NCBI GenBank assembly: GCA_038111655.1
Contig: JAYNLI010000004.1
Span: 59 to 64,058 of the forward strand
DNA from: Bordetella sp.
GTDB lineage: Bacteria; Pseudomonadota; Gammaproteobacteria; Burkholderiales; Burkholderiaceae_A
Direction: 5' to 3'
Length of the DNA stretch: 64,000 nt
Shown here piece by piece: positions 18,495 through 28,588 of the stretch. The number at the start of each line of letters is the position of its first letter. Position 1 is the first letter of the stretch. The notes below the pieces were generated by a model, which searched no databases, was not told the DNA's origin, and saw nothing but the letters and a program-made list of their open reading frames with translations. A program made the translations under genes and the position numbers.

Positions 18495-19777
18495 AGGGCC
18501 CAAAGCTTACCGCGCCGGTACTCGCGATTGACGCATCCGATTCAGCCAGTCTCGTGCTTGCGCTGCCCGACAGGCCGTGGCAAGGCGTCTCCATTGACGA
18601 AGGTAAGGGGAGGGCATCGGAACTTCTTGATGCTATGAATCTTGTTCTACGGTCTGAGGGCCTTGCTGCAAAAGACCTCGGCGCATTGGTTCTGTGTTCG
18701 GGCCCGGGATCGTTCACGGGGCTTCGTATTGCAGCAGGGCTTGTTCAAGGACTTGCCCGCGGACTGCAGCGAACGGTTGCGGTCGTTTCTGCCTTCGAAG
18801 CCTATGCCTTGGCATGGCTCCTTGGATCCTCGGGCAAGGAATCTGTTCAAGCGTGTGAATCTTTTGCGGATCCTTGTCAGGAGGACAGAGGGGCGAGTTC
18901 AGCCATGAACCGGTCTTATGTCGAAGTTTTTCTTAATGCCCGACTGGGCGAGTTCTACAAGGCTGGGCTGAGATTTAACGCCGCATTTTTTCAGTTTGAG
19001 ATTCTTGAGCAGCCCCTGATTGTTCAGCACGAGACGATCAGCCTTAATACTGACTTGGCTCTGTCATCGAAGGTCATGACTGGTTCGCAAATGCAGCTTA
19101 TAGAGCCTCGGATTCAAGACTATCGACTTCCTTTTGGCTGCGACCTGGCGAAGGGGCAGCCCGAATCTTTACAGACCCTAGCGTATTGGTCGTTAGCGGC
19201 TGCAACCTTGTCGGTGGATCCCCAGCGTTTTGGGCCCGCCGTGCAGGCCCAGCCCCTCTACGTTCGCGAAAAGGTTGCCTTAACCCGAGAGGAGCGTCAG
19301 AAGGGACCTGCTATGGGCCTGCAAAGTCTTAGCCTGGCCGATCTTGCTTCGGTCATGGTGATTGAAAATCAGTCTTACGAGGTGCCATGGACCTCGGGAA
19401 ATTTTAGAGATGCGTTTTCTTCGGGCTACGCGCTACTAAAGCTGGTTGACCAAGGCGTGATGATCGGCTACCTGGTGTACATGCGTGTGCTTGACGAATG
19501 CCACTTGCTCAATTTCACGATTGCGCCAAGTCGCCAGCGACGTGGGGCGGGCCAGTTTATGCTCGAACAGCTTCTAAAGAAACTTGTCGCCGAGCAAGTT
19601 AATGTTGTCATGCTTGAGGTTCGTCCATCCAATCAGTCTGCAATTAGGCTTTATGAGCGCAATGGGTTCCAGCGAGTGGGTCTGCGTAAGGACTATTACC
19701 CCACTGCTCGGCGGGAGTCGGTACGTGAGGACGCGGTGTTAATGAATCGGAGTCTTACTTCGATGGGCGTATCGTAA
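18491..19777 (+). CDS. tsaB-rimI: Fused TsaB (t6A complex) - RimI (S18 N-acetyltransferase)
   Basis: [10 protein letters not shown] and PLYVREKVA (TsaB) then PWTSGNF..LLN..LEVRPSN..A..LY..GF..R..YY (RimI) in one ORF; ATGA overlap with ispDF. Confidence 0.9.
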   Translation: MKGPKLTAPVLAIDASDSASLVLALPDRPWQGVSIDEGKGRASELLDAMNLVLRSEGLAAKDLGALVLCSGPGSFTGLRIAAGLVQGLARGLQRTVAVVSAFEAYALAWLLGSSGKESVQACESFADPCQEDRGASSAMNRSYVEVFLNARLGEFYKAGLRFNAAFFQFEILEQPLIVQHETISLNTDLALSSKVMTGSQMQLIEPRIQDYRLPFGCDLAKGQPESLQTLAYWSLAAATLSVDPQRFGPAVQAQPLYVREKVALTREERQKGPAMGLQSLSLADLASVMVIENQSYEVPWTSGNFRDAFSSGYALLKLVDQGVMIGYLVYMRVLDECHLLNFTIAPSRQRRGAGQFMLEQLLKKLVAEQVNVVMLEVRPSNQSAIRLYERNGFQRVGLRKDYYPTARRESVREDAVLMNRSLTSMGVS

Positions 19778-19781
19778 GGCC

Positions 19782-20312
19782 ATGAGACTTCAAGGATATG
19801 CAGCAGAAGTCCTGGGCCTGTCGCCCTATTGGAAACGACGCCCTCAGCTTCGGAAGCTTATGGTGGTCTACCAGGCCCCCAACGGTAGTGATACTGGGAA
19901 TCCCGCTGTGTCGTGGGCCGCGATAGAAGGCTACTTGAACCAGTATCTTCAGGCGCGAGGATGTCGGCCCGCATCGGGGTCCGTACATTTTTCACTAAGT
20001 ATTCAAGCGGCCAATTCCGTGCAAGCCTTACAGGCTCGATTACGAGAGAGCCTTGCAGATCCAAATCTTGCAGTCCTTGTGGTGGTGTATTCGCCCTCGG
20101 CTGAACAAGCCTCTGAAGGTTATGCCATAGAACCTGCTAACCCAAGCTTGCAACTGCAGAGGATTGCTTGTGAGGATTATGCAAACCCCCGCTCGGCCAG
20201 TACACGCAGGCGACTTTATTCAGCGCTGCTTACGGGCCTTGCACACCACCTTTCCATTTCTAGAGGAGTTACTGCTGGTGAGCCTTTTCCAGCAGAGGCG
20301 CCCGCTGCATGA
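19782..20312 (+). CDS. Hypothetical protein at the post-rimI UDG4/psi-like position
   Basis: Fills the gap between rimI and alr with ATGA coupling; N-terminal LGLSPYW motif. Confidence 0.6.
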   Translation: MRLQGYAAEVLGLSPYWKRRPQLRKLMVVYQAPNGSDTGNPAVSWAAIEGYLNQYLQARGCRPASGSVHFSLSIQAANSVQALQARLRESLADPNLAVLVVVYSPSAEQASEGYAIEPANPSLQLQRIACEDYANPRSASTRRRLYSALLTGLAHHLSISRGVTAGEPFPAEAPAA

Positions 20313-21508
20313 AAACGATGCCGAATCCACGTCAACGGCCAATCGTTCTTGAAGTAAGTACGAGTCGCCTAACGGCTAACCTTCAGGCGCTTCGGAAGAT
20401 GCAGCCAAATCAGCTTATCTGGGCGGTGGTGAAGGCAAGGGGCTATGGGCATGGTCTGGATGCGGCCGCCCAAGGTTTTGCGGATGCGGATGGGCTCGCC
20501 TTAATTGAGCTTGAAGAACTTGCTGAGGTTCGTGCCCTTGGATGGAAAAAGCCCGTACTTCTTCTCGAGGGACTCTTCGCGGAGTCGGGACTGACGGATG
20601 CCGCAGAGTTTCAAGCCGATATCGTGGTCCATTGCAAAGATCAGCTTCAGTGGGTCCTTGGAAATTCCTTGCATGCGCAACGCTTTCAGAAGGCGTCTGG
20701 TCGTGTCTGGATTAAGCTGAACACCGGTATGAATCGACTTGGCTTTAATGCCTGCTCCTCGTTGGCCTCAAATGCAGCGCATACATTGGGTGATGATCTT
20801 GCAAAGCTAAGAAGTAGATTTGGGCCTTCTCGCCTGGGTTTCATGATGCATTTTGCCCAGGCTGAATCCCGAAACGAGAGTTATCGAGCGCTCTCGATTT
20901 TTCAAAAGGCGCTTGGCACGCTTGGTCATCAACCCGACTTCGAGCCCATTAGCCTTGCGAACTCTGCTGCCATTCTCTCTCAGCCGCCTGCCTGTTCGGG
21001 CTGGCTGCGCCCGGGTATCTTGTTGTACGGATCGAGCCCTTTCCTCTGGCAGCGCACATCCGGTCAATCGGAGCCACAATGGCAACCTCTTCCCGCGTCT
21101 ATTCGCCTCGCCTCGCGATTAACCACACGACTTTTGTCCATTCAAGACCTTGCAGTGGGTGATGGCGTTGGTTATGGACTTCGATACAGAGCAACGAAGC
21201 CCATGCGCATTGGTGTTGCTGCAATTGGGTATGCGGATGGCTTTCCAAGAACTGCGGTGGATGGTACACCGATGGTTATTCAAGGAAAGCGCTGCCCGAT
21301 TGTTGGGCAGGTCTCCATGGACCTTATTACACTGGATCTCTCGCTGCAACCCGAAGCGGTGGTTGGAAGTGAGGTTGAAGTCTGGGGTGACAGCCTATCG
21401 GTGGATGAGCTTGCCGCGGGGCTTGGAACCTTGGGCTATGAACTCCTTACCTGCCTTACAACGCGTGTTTCCCGCAGGCTGGTCCATTCGTCTCGCCCAG
21501 AGATCTGA
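20309..21508 (+). CDS. alr: Alanine racemase
   Basis: AVVKARGYGHG PLP lysine, TGMNRLG, GYADG, VSMD motifs. Confidence 0.95.
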   Translation: MKTMPNPRQRPIVLEVSTSRLTANLQALRKMQPNQLIWAVVKARGYGHGLDAAAQGFADADGLALIELEELAEVRALGWKKPVLLLEGLFAESGLTDAAEFQADIVVHCKDQLQWVLGNSLHAQRFQKASGRVWIKLNTGMNRLGFNACSSLASNAAHTLGDDLAKLRSRFGPSRLGFMMHFAQAESRNESYRALSIFQKALGTLGHQPDFEPISLANSAAILSQPPACSGWLRPGILLYGSSPFLWQRTSGQSEPQWQPLPASIRLASRLTTRLLSIQDLAVGDGVGYGLRYRATKPMRIGVAAIGYADGFPRTAVDGTPMVIQGKRCPIVGQVSMDLITLDLSLQPEAVVGSEVEVWGDSLSVDELAAGLGTLGYELLTCLTTRVSRRLVHSSRPEI

Positions 21509-21512
21509 GGTA

Positions 21513-22940
21513 ATGGCAAGAGACCGTACAAGTTTTGTCTGTGAGGCCTGCGGTCAGGGCTATAACAAATGGCAGGGGCAGTGTTCCGACTGCGGGGCAT
21601 GGAACACTCTTGCGCCAGGTCAGCGGCACGACGTAACCGGACCAACCGCGACTGCCGCGGGCGCCCGGGCTGGACGGATGGCAAGTCTTGCGCCGGCATC
21701 TTCTTTACAGGCTTTATCCGAGATTGCCTTCGAAGACATTGAACGCCAGCCTACTGGAATCGAGGAGTTCGACCGTGTTCTTGGTGGCGGTCTCGTGCCG
21801 GGGGCGGTGATTCTGCTTGGGGGTGATCCAGGCATTGGCAAATCCACACTCTTGCTTCAGGCCATGGCTTCCATTCTTAAAGTATCGAGGCAACAGACTG
21901 TGCTCTATGTGTCTGGCGAAGAGTCTGCAGGCCAGATTGCAATGCGTGCTCGTCGACTGGGTTTCGAGGGGCCAGTGAGCGAACAACTGAAGGTCTTATC
22001 GGAGACTTCGCTTGAGAAGGTTTTACAGGCGATGGAGGCTGCTCAGCCGAGCGTTCTCGTTGCCGACTCCATTCAGACGCTCTACACCGAGATGGCCTCG
22101 GGGGCACCTGGGTCCGTATCTCAGGTTCGCGAGGTTGGTTATCAGTTGACACAGTGGGCCAAGCGAACGGGTCGAGTCGTCTTCATTGTGGGTCATGTCA
22201 CCAAAGAAGGAGCGCTTGCCGGACCGCGACTCTTGGAGCATATGGTCGATACCGTGCTCTACTTTGAGGGCGATGCGCAGGCCAGCTTTCGAGTGGTTCG
22301 TGCCGTGAAGAACAGGTTCGGTACGGTGAATGAACTGGGTGTCTTTGCAATGACTGAGCGAGGCCTTAAGGCCGTTACAAACCCCTCGGCCATGTTTCTC
22401 TCAGAGGCGCAGCTCTCTGGAGCAGACACAGGTAAAACACATGAGCCCGTATCGGGCACCTGCGTGACCGTATCTCTTGGGGGAAGTCGCCCTCTGCTTG
22501 TTGAACTTCAGGCACTGGTTGACGACAGTCAGGTTCCCAACCCAAGGCGGCTCGCCGTGGGGTTCGATGGTCAGCGTCTTGCGATGCTACTAGCGATCTT
22601 GCATCGGCATGCGGGCATCGCCTGCTTCGATCAAGATGTTTTTGTGAACGCTGTGGGTGGTGTGCGTATTCAGGAGACTGCGGCCGATCTGGCTATTCTG
22701 GTTGCCGTTGTCTCTTCTTTGCGCAATCGGCCTTTGGCGAAGGGCTGCGTGGTCTTTGGTGAGCTGGGCCTGACTGGCGAGGTTCGGCCCGCTTCTCGAG
22801 GTCTCGACCGTTTAAAAGAGGTGGGAAGACTTGGCTTTAATCGGGCTATCGTACCCGCAGCCAATGCGCCGAAAACAGGCATAAAGGGTATTGAAATTAT
22901 TGGAGTAAGGCGTCTTTCAGAGGCACTTGCCTGCCTTTGA
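21513..22940 (+). CDS. radA: DNA repair protein RadA/Sms
   Basis: C4 zinc finger CEAC..WQGQC..C, GGDPGIGKSTLL, KNRFG; real start ATG 21513 after GAGG. Confidence 0.97.
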   Translation: MARDRTSFVCEACGQGYNKWQGQCSDCGAWNTLAPGQRHDVTGPTATAAGARAGRMASLAPASSLQALSEIAFEDIERQPTGIEEFDRVLGGGLVPGAVILLGGDPGIGKSTLLLQAMASILKVSRQQTVLYVSGEESAGQIAMRARRLGFEGPVSEQLKVLSETSLEKVLQAMEAAQPSVLVADSIQTLYTEMASGAPGSVSQVREVGYQLTQWAKRTGRVVFIVGHVTKEGALAGPRLLEHMVDTVLYFEGDAQASFRVVRAVKNRFGTVNELGVFAMTERGLKAVTNPSAMFLSEAQLSGADTGKTHEPVSGTCVTVSLGGSRPLLVELQALVDDSQVPNPRRLAVGFDGQRLAMLLAILHRHAGIACFDQDVFVNAVGGVRIQETAADLAILVAVVSSLRNRPLAKGCVVFGELGLTGEVRPASRGLDRLKEVGRLGFNRAIVPAANAPKTGIKGIEIIGVRRLSEALACL

Positions 22941-24405
22941 TTATTTGCGCGCAAGCCTGCCCCGAGCGAACCGCGGCCTCAATGCATGCGGGGTAGCCCG
23001 GGGTTAAATCGTCAGCCGCGCGCAACAGGCCCTCAATGCCGGTCAGGGAGTATTCAACCGACGATGTTGATGCTTCCTTTGTAAAAGTCTCTTCATCGGT
23101 CAGGGTCGCCGTGCAGGCCCAAGTGGCTCTCGGGTCATCGGTAATTCGATAAGGCAGGCTTTTAAGGTCACTAACCCCAAGTGGCTTGAGGTAATGGGCG
23201 GCTGCTCGCCAGAGAGAGTCGGCAAGGATTGATCGGTCATCGTCCTTCATCAGCCCGCTTCCCACCAGTGAGACCACCTGGGAGCCATTTTGGGAAGGTG
23301 TTCGAGCAAGGCCAATGTGCGCGCGACCATGCAGCCCAGGAAGACTGCAGAGCCATTGACTCATTGGGGCCAGAAGGCCCGCCTGAGCCCGATTCAAATG
23401 AATGTAAAGGGTCATGACCCCTCGCCAGTCCAGTGTTCCTGCTCGCTGAATGGCTGGAGTTTCTTGCAATTTGCTTTGCCGCCAGAGACGGTTCGCCTCG
23501 TAAGCGGGTGTTGCAAGAACCACCGTGGCAAAGACCTGAGTTTCAAGGCCAAGGGCAAGGGCCTGGTCTTGGCTTGAGGGATGCGCCTGTAAGTGCCAGA
23601 AATGTTGTCTAGCTGAAGAGTTGTTCGACGGGACAACGGGCGTGATGGCTGAAATGCGACATCGCGTAATCACTTTGGTGTCGTGTCGCTTCAGCCAGAG
23701 CACGACGGGTTCAATAGCGCTTTGACTAAGGTCTGTGGAGGGATGCCAGCAGTTGGTGGACCCTGAAAGACCGCAAAGGCTGTCTTTAACAACCTGCAGA
23801 AAGACATAGGCACTGGCCTCCGCCCAGTCTGTATTCAGCGCGCCTTCTATAAGCGGGCGCCAAAATCTCTGGCGCACTTCCTCCGGCATGGCAATGGGTT
23901 TAAGCCAGTTCAATGCGGTTCCCTTGACCTGCCAGTCTGATCTCATTGCATGACGAAGAACGTTGGCCAGAGACAGTCGGCTAAGAACGCTCCAGGGCTG
24001 AGCAATGGCTGGATTGGTAGCGTTTGGAAAGCTCTGGCCCAAAAACCGCCAGGGCCAGGCCTGGGGAGGCACACGTAAGAGCGTATACGGCGCGGGGCGA
24101 TTGGGCGAGTAACTGGCCCATTGCAAGGCCGCCTTTGACCATGCCTGATGAACAAGAACACCAGAGTCTTGAAGGAATTGCCAGGTCTGACTGTAGGCCC
24201 CTAGGAGGAGATGCTGCCCATTGTCGATAGCGGTTTTGCCTAGCGCTGTTTCCCAAGCAATGCCCCTTGCACGACCCCCCGCATAAGGGCTAGCCTCAAA
24301 AAGCCAGACCTCCGTGGCTTCACCGCCCCGTTGTTCGGCTTGCTTTAGAGCCTGTGCGCAGGCAAGGCCCGACCAACCGGCGCCAATAATGGCAATTTTC
24401 TTCAT
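22897..24405 (-). CDS. hpnE: Hydroxysqualene dehydroxylase
   Basis: GAGWSGLACA FAD motif, GGRAR..DNGQHLLLGAY, YPACIEAAVRSG; downstream of hpnD. Confidence 0.88.
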   Translation of the reverse strand: MKKIAIIGAGWSGLACAQALKQAEQRGGEATEVWLFEASPYAGGRARGIAWETALGKTAIDNGQHLLLGAYSQTWQFLQDSGVLVHQAWSKAALQWASYSPNRPAPYTLLRVPPQAWPWRFLGQSFPNATNPAIAQPWSVLSRLSLANVLRHAMRSDWQVKGTALNWLKPIAMPEEVRQRFWRPLIEGALNTDWAEASAYVFLQVVKDSLCGLSGSTNCWHPSTDLSQSAIEPVVLWLKRHDTKVITRCRISAITPVVPSNNSSARQHFWHLQAHPSSQDQALALGLETQVFATVVLATPAYEANRLWRQSKLQETPAIQRAGTLDWRGVMTLYIHLNRAQAGLLAPMSQWLCSLPGLHGRAHIGLARTPSQNGSQVVSLVGSGLMKDDDRSILADSLWRAAAHYLKPLGVSDLKSLPYRITDDPRATWACTATLTDEETFTKEASTSSVEYSLTGIEGLLRAADDLTPGYPACIEAAVRSGQACAQIIKGRQVPLKDALLQ

Positions 24406-24449
24406 TTTTTTTCAGGCATTCGGCGTGGAGGGCGCATTCTGGCAGTGAT

Positions 24450-25316
24450 TTAGTGCGGCATTCGCCCAAGCGCAGCAACCATTGCTACCCATAGCTTACG
24501 TAGTGGTCCAAGTCGTACCCGCTGATTCAGAACGTCGTAATTCAGGCTTGCGATGCTACGTAGAAGGTCGCGATAAATAGCGGCCATGACGAGACCAGGC
24601 CGTTGGTCTTTCCTCTCTTTCATGGGTAAGGCGGCAAGCGCCTTATCGTAGGTGGCCTCGGCAAGTTGGTGAAGGTCATAAAAAACACGACGCATTTCAG
24701 GGCTGTCTTCAAGATGAAAAACAGAGGTGGCTGTTAAGCCATGCGTATCGAGCATTTCAGTTGGCAAATAAAGTCGTTCGCGTCGTGCGTCTTCACCAAT
24801 GTCACGAAGAATATTGGTGTATTGAAAGGCAAGCCCTAGCTGGCTTGCATACCGAAGCGTCTGGTCTGAGCATGGGCCAAAAATACGGGCTGAGAGTCGA
24901 CCAACCGCGCCGGCAACACGATCGCAATAAAGGTTGAGTTGCTGAAGGTTATGAAAGGCCGTGTGGGGAAGGTCCATACCCACCCCATCAATCACAGCCT
25001 TGAAATCCTCAAAGGGCAGATTGTAGGTTTGGATCGGTGTTTGCAGTGCAAGACTAATGGGATGCTGGAGAACGACCCGCTTCTCATCGCTCTCTTCTTC
25101 ATTAAAAAGCTTTTGAATTTCCTCTTGCCACCAGGCAAGTTTGATGCAGGCAAGTGAAGGGTCGGCAATGTCGTCAGCAATGTCATCCACCTCTCGACAA
25201 AAGGCATACAAGGCCTCCATAGCCAGCCTGCGAGGGGCTGAAAGGAGACGAAACGCTAGGGTGAAGCTCGAACCAGCCTTAGCTGTTACCTGGTGGCAAT
25301 ACTCCTGAGGGCTCAT
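24450..25316 (-). CDS. hpnD: Presqualene diphosphate synthase
   Basis: GSSF..AF, LYAFCREVDDIAD, YC.RVAG, TNILRDIGEDA. Confidence 0.92.
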   Translation of the reverse strand: MSPQEYCHQVTAKAGSSFTLAFRLLSAPRRLAMEALYAFCREVDDIADDIADPSLACIKLAWWQEEIQKLFNEEESDEKRVVLQHPISLALQTPIQTYNLPFEDFKAVIDGVGMDLPHTAFHNLQQLNLYCDRVAGAVGRLSARIFGPCSDQTLRYASQLGLAFQYTNILRDIGEDARRERLYLPTEMLDTHGLTATSVFHLEDSPEMRRVFYDLHQLAEATYDKALAALPMKERKDQRPGLVMAAIYRDLLRSIASLNYDVLNQRVRLGPLRKLWVAMVAALGRMPH

Positions 25317-26371
25317 CGGTCGGTGGATTGTGTAAGGCGCCAGAAATGCACGGGCAATCGGTTAATAAGGCTCAATAACAGCCAGGTTCGTGAAAGTCGC
25401 GTTGAGTGACGCCAGGCGAGCCCGGGGTCCTGTATCAGGCGCCGGGCGATGGTCTGACCGCCCTCCAGAATCATGGCAATTTCAAGAGCAAGGCGTAGTC
25501 CGTGGGGGCGAACGTTCTCATAAAGAAGTTTGGGTAGATCTTCTCCGCGGGCAAGTTGGTTCCTGCCACGAATAACAATCGATTGGGTAATTGCGAGTCG
25601 ATCCTCCAGCGTTAGCAAATCCATCCCAACGAGCTTACCCTCTTGATAGGAGGACTCCGCAGTCTTAAGGTCAACATTCCAGTCGAGTGCCGATGGCCAG
25701 TCTGACTTCGGCAGGGTTGGTCTGTGACGCCCCATGTCTTGGTGAAGATCTTGTGCAAAGTTAACGAGCTGAAGCCCCGTGCAGATGCTGTCACTTGCGA
25801 AAAAGATCTGCTCTCGAGGGGCGCTGGCGGCAGGACTTGGTGTAGGGTCTGAGGGTGATGAGTGAAGGCCGAAGAAACCCAGAAGAATGCGACCGACGGG
25901 AACCGCCGAGCATTTGCAGTAGTTCATTACGTTAGCCCAGGTTTCGAATGGCTGAAATTTCGCATCGTAGTCAAAGGCTTCAAGCAGCTGCAATGCCCAG
26001 TCAGACGACAGACCGTGTGCGGCAAGCTGTGCGCCCGCCTGTCGACCAATGGCCTCTAATCTTGCCGTGGTAGCTTCCGACCAACAATTGGGGTTGTCAT
26101 TGTTGTTTAAACCTTCGGGGCTAGGGGCCTGCGTTCTGGGGGGATTCCCAGTTTGATGAAGCCCTCGGCGCAGGGCGGCAAGGCCGTCAAGACGCTTTTG
26201 GCTGCTGAGATCACCCTCGTCAGCCAGGTCGTCCCCAGTTCTTGCCAGCTGGTAAACCGTTAGAACGGCCGGGCGAACGGAGGCCGGCAGGAGCCAGGAG
26301 GCGACAGGAAAGTTTTCATAGTGGCCTCCCCCGTGGAAGGCCTTGACAAGACCTTTGTCGAGTTGGCTCAT
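25313..26371 (-). CDS. hpnC: Hydroxysqualene synthase
   Basis: HYENFPVAS, DDLADEG, SA.PVGR, LQL.NF.QD motifs. Confidence 0.92.
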   Translation of the reverse strand: MSQLDKGLVKAFHGGGHYENFPVASWLLPASVRPAVLTVYQLARTGDDLADEGDLSSQKRLDGLAALRRGLHQTGNPPRTQAPSPEGLNNNDNPNCWSEATTARLEAIGRQAGAQLAAHGLSSDWALQLLEAFDYDAKFQPFETWANVMNYCKCSAVPVGRILLGFFGLHSSPSDPTPSPAASAPREQIFFASDSICTGLQLVNFAQDLHQDMGRHRPTLPKSDWPSALDWNVDLKTAESSYQEGKLVGMDLLTLEDRLAITQSIVIRGRNQLARGEDLPKLLYENVRPHGLRLALEIAMILEGGQTIARRLIQDPGLAWRHSTRLSRTWLLLSLINRLPVHFWRLTQSTDR

Positions 26372-26463
26372 AGCCCCGATTGTAGACTTGGCTTTCTCTC
26401 ATTCCAGCCTGCGCGAGCAGGGTCGGGGCCCCGTCTTCAGTACAATGAGGGGGGTTTTTAAGC

Positions 26464-26548
26464 GCGAAGGTGGCGAAATTGGTAGACGCACCAGGTTTAG
26501 GTCCTGACGCCGCAAGGTGTGCGGGTTCGAGTCCCGCCCTTCGCACCA
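26464..26548 (+). tRNA. tRNA-Leu (UAG)
   Basis: Acceptor GCGAAGG/CCTTCGC, anticodon loop TT-TAG-GT, long variable arm, GGTTCGA T-loop, encoded CCA; TACAAT -10 at 26441. Confidence 0.96.
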
Positions 26549-26576
26549 TTCAATTACGAACAGATTGGTTGTATTT

Positions 26577-27893
26577 ATGACAACAGAGACAACCGTGGCT
26601 TCGAGTCTCGAGCGCCGCATCACTCTTCACCTATCCGCGGATGATATCGAGCAGGCAACCGTCCGTCAGCTTCAGCAAATGGGGCGCAAGGCAAAGCTCC
26701 CAGGTTTTCGTCCTGGGAAGATTCCGCTCAAGGTTCTTGAGCAGTCGTTTGGCGCTCAGGCGCGTTCTGAGGCTTTGGGTGCGGCACTTGCGCAGGTCTA
26801 TGGCGAGCAGGTTGCAGCGCAAAAGCTTCGGCCGGCAGGCCCACCAAAAATTGACCCTTTGAAAAAAGATGGTGCCGACGAAACCAGCCAACCCCTAGAT
26901 TTCGAGGCTACCCTTGAGGTGTATCCCGATGTACCTCTACCTGATCGATCAAGCCTGAAGGTTGAGCGGACGGTCTGTGAGGTAACCGAGGCCGATCTCG
27001 ACAAGACCATGCAGACATTGCAGAAGCAACGTGTCGTCTACAACGAGGTGGGGCGCGCTGCACAGGCGGATGATCAGGTTCTCGTCGACTTTGAAGGACG
27101 TCTAGATGGCGAGGTCTTTGAAGGGGGCAAGGCCGAAGGCTTTGAGTTTGTTGTTGGCAATGGCAGCATGCTTGAGGATTTTGACCAGGCTGTGCGCGGA
27201 ATGGCTTCTGGCAATACAAAAACCTTCACGGTTCAGTTTCCCGAGAATTACCACGCGTCAAACCTTGCAGGTAAGGCAGCAGAGTTCTCGGTTACCCTTC
27301 ATGAGGCTCGTGAGCCAAAGCTGCCTGCTCTCGATGACGAGTTTGCCAAGGCCTTTGGCGTGAGCGAGGGTGGTCTTCAGAAACTGCGTCAAGACGTTGA
27401 GAAGAATCTGCGCCGTGAGGTGGCTACGCGCTGTAAGAACAAGACTAAGCGCTCGGTCATGGATGCGCTCGTTGAGCAGGCTAGTTTTGAGTTGCCCACC
27501 GCCCTTGTTCAGGCCGAGAGCGAGCGGATGTCTGGTGAGATGCGTCAGCAAATGGCAAGTCGTGGCATGAAGGTCGATCAGGCGCCTTTGACGCCCGACC
27601 TTTTCAAGAACCAAGCGGCCAAGCGTGTCCGGCTGGGGCTCTTAGTTGGTGAAATTGTTTCGAAGGAAAACCTGAACCCAACGGAAGACGGAATACGCGA
27701 CATGCTTAGCGAGATGGCGCAGGCCTACGAGAACCCCGAAGAGTTTATTCGATGGGCGATGTCGAACAAAGAACGTCGATCCGAGGCCCAGTCGGTTGTA
27801 CTCGAAGACAACGTGGTGGACTGGGTTCTGAAAGAGGCGAGGGTCGAAGACAAGACCGTAGACGTTGAATCGTTAATTAAGGAAACCGAGTGA
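26577..27893 (+). CDS. tig: Trigger factor
   Basis: GFRPGK ribosome-binding motif, FKBP domain; start moved to the ATG after the tRNA. Confidence 0.97.
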   Translation: MTTETTVASSLERRITLHLSADDIEQATVRQLQQMGRKAKLPGFRPGKIPLKVLEQSFGAQARSEALGAALAQVYGEQVAAQKLRPAGPPKIDPLKKDGADETSQPLDFEATLEVYPDVPLPDRSSLKVERTVCEVTEADLDKTMQTLQKQRVVYNEVGRAAQADDQVLVDFEGRLDGEVFEGGKAEGFEFVVGNGSMLEDFDQAVRGMASGNTKTFTVQFPENYHASNLAGKAAEFSVTLHEAREPKLPALDDEFAKAFGVSEGGLQKLRQDVEKNLRREVATRCKNKTKRSVMDALVEQASFELPTALVQAESERMSGEMRQQMASRGMKVDQAPLTPDLFKNQAAKRVRLGLLVGEIVSKENLNPTEDGIRDMLSEMAQAYENPEEFIRWAMSNKERRSEAQSVVLEDNVVDWVLKEARVEDKTVDVESLIKETE

Positions 27894-28552
27894 TGAGCCG
27901 AGACTTTAGCGCAATGAACCCAACGGACGCAGACATCAACGGGCTTGGCGCTCTAGGCGCCCAGGGCCTTGGCCTTGTGCCCATGGTGGTCGAGCAGTCT
28001 GGGCGTGGCGAGCGTGCTTACGACATTTACTCTCGCCTTCTTAAAGAGCGGGTTGTGTTCTTGGTGGGTCCTGTGAATGACTCCTCCGCTAACCTTATCG
28101 TTGCTCAGCTCCTTTTCTTAGAGTCAGAAAATCCTGACAAGGATATTTCACTCTACATCAACTCCCCTGGGGGCTCGGTCTCCGCGGGTTTAGCCATTTT
28201 CGATACCATGCAGTTCATTAAGCCCTCCGTCAGCACGCTTTGTATTGGTATAGCGGCAAGCATGGGTGCTTTTTTGCTAGCGGCAGGCGAAAAGAGTAAA
28301 AGGTTTGCTCTCCCTAACAGTCGGGTTATGATTCACCAGCCTCTTGGTGGCGTGCAGGGCCAGGCTTCCGATATTGAAATTCATGCTCGCGAGATTCTTA
28401 AGCTTCGAGATAAGCTAAATTCCATTCTCTCCGACAGGACGGGTCAGCCGCTTGAAACCATCGCTAGAGACACCGATCGGGACAACTTTATGTCCTCGGA
28501 AGATGCGTTAAAGTACGGTCTTGTGGATCGCGTTCTTACCAGCCGCGATTAG
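27893..28552 (+). CDS. clpP: Clp protease proteolytic subunit
   Basis: [31 protein letters not shown]. Confidence 0.98.
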   Translation: MSRDFSAMNPTDADINGLGALGAQGLGLVPMVVEQSGRGERAYDIYSRLLKERVVFLVGPVNDSSANLIVAQLLFLESENPDKDISLYINSPGGSVSAGLAIFDTMQFIKPSVSTLCIGIAASMGAFLLAAGEKSKRFALPNSRVMIHQPLGGVQGQASDIEIHAREILKLRDKLNSILSDRTGQPLETIARDTDRDNFMSSEDALKYGLVDRVLTSRD

Positions 28553-28588
28553 TTTCTCTGAATTTAGGCGGTTCATCCGGAGGCAACG

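Noticed and set aside
21150-21512. 121-aa N-terminal extension of the radA ORF
   Set aside because: Overlaps alr in another frame; RadA homology begins at ATG 21513
26517-26576. Extended tig N-terminus and small ORFs across tRNA-Leu and tRNA-Asp
   Set aside because: They read through tRNA genes; ORF-caller artefacts
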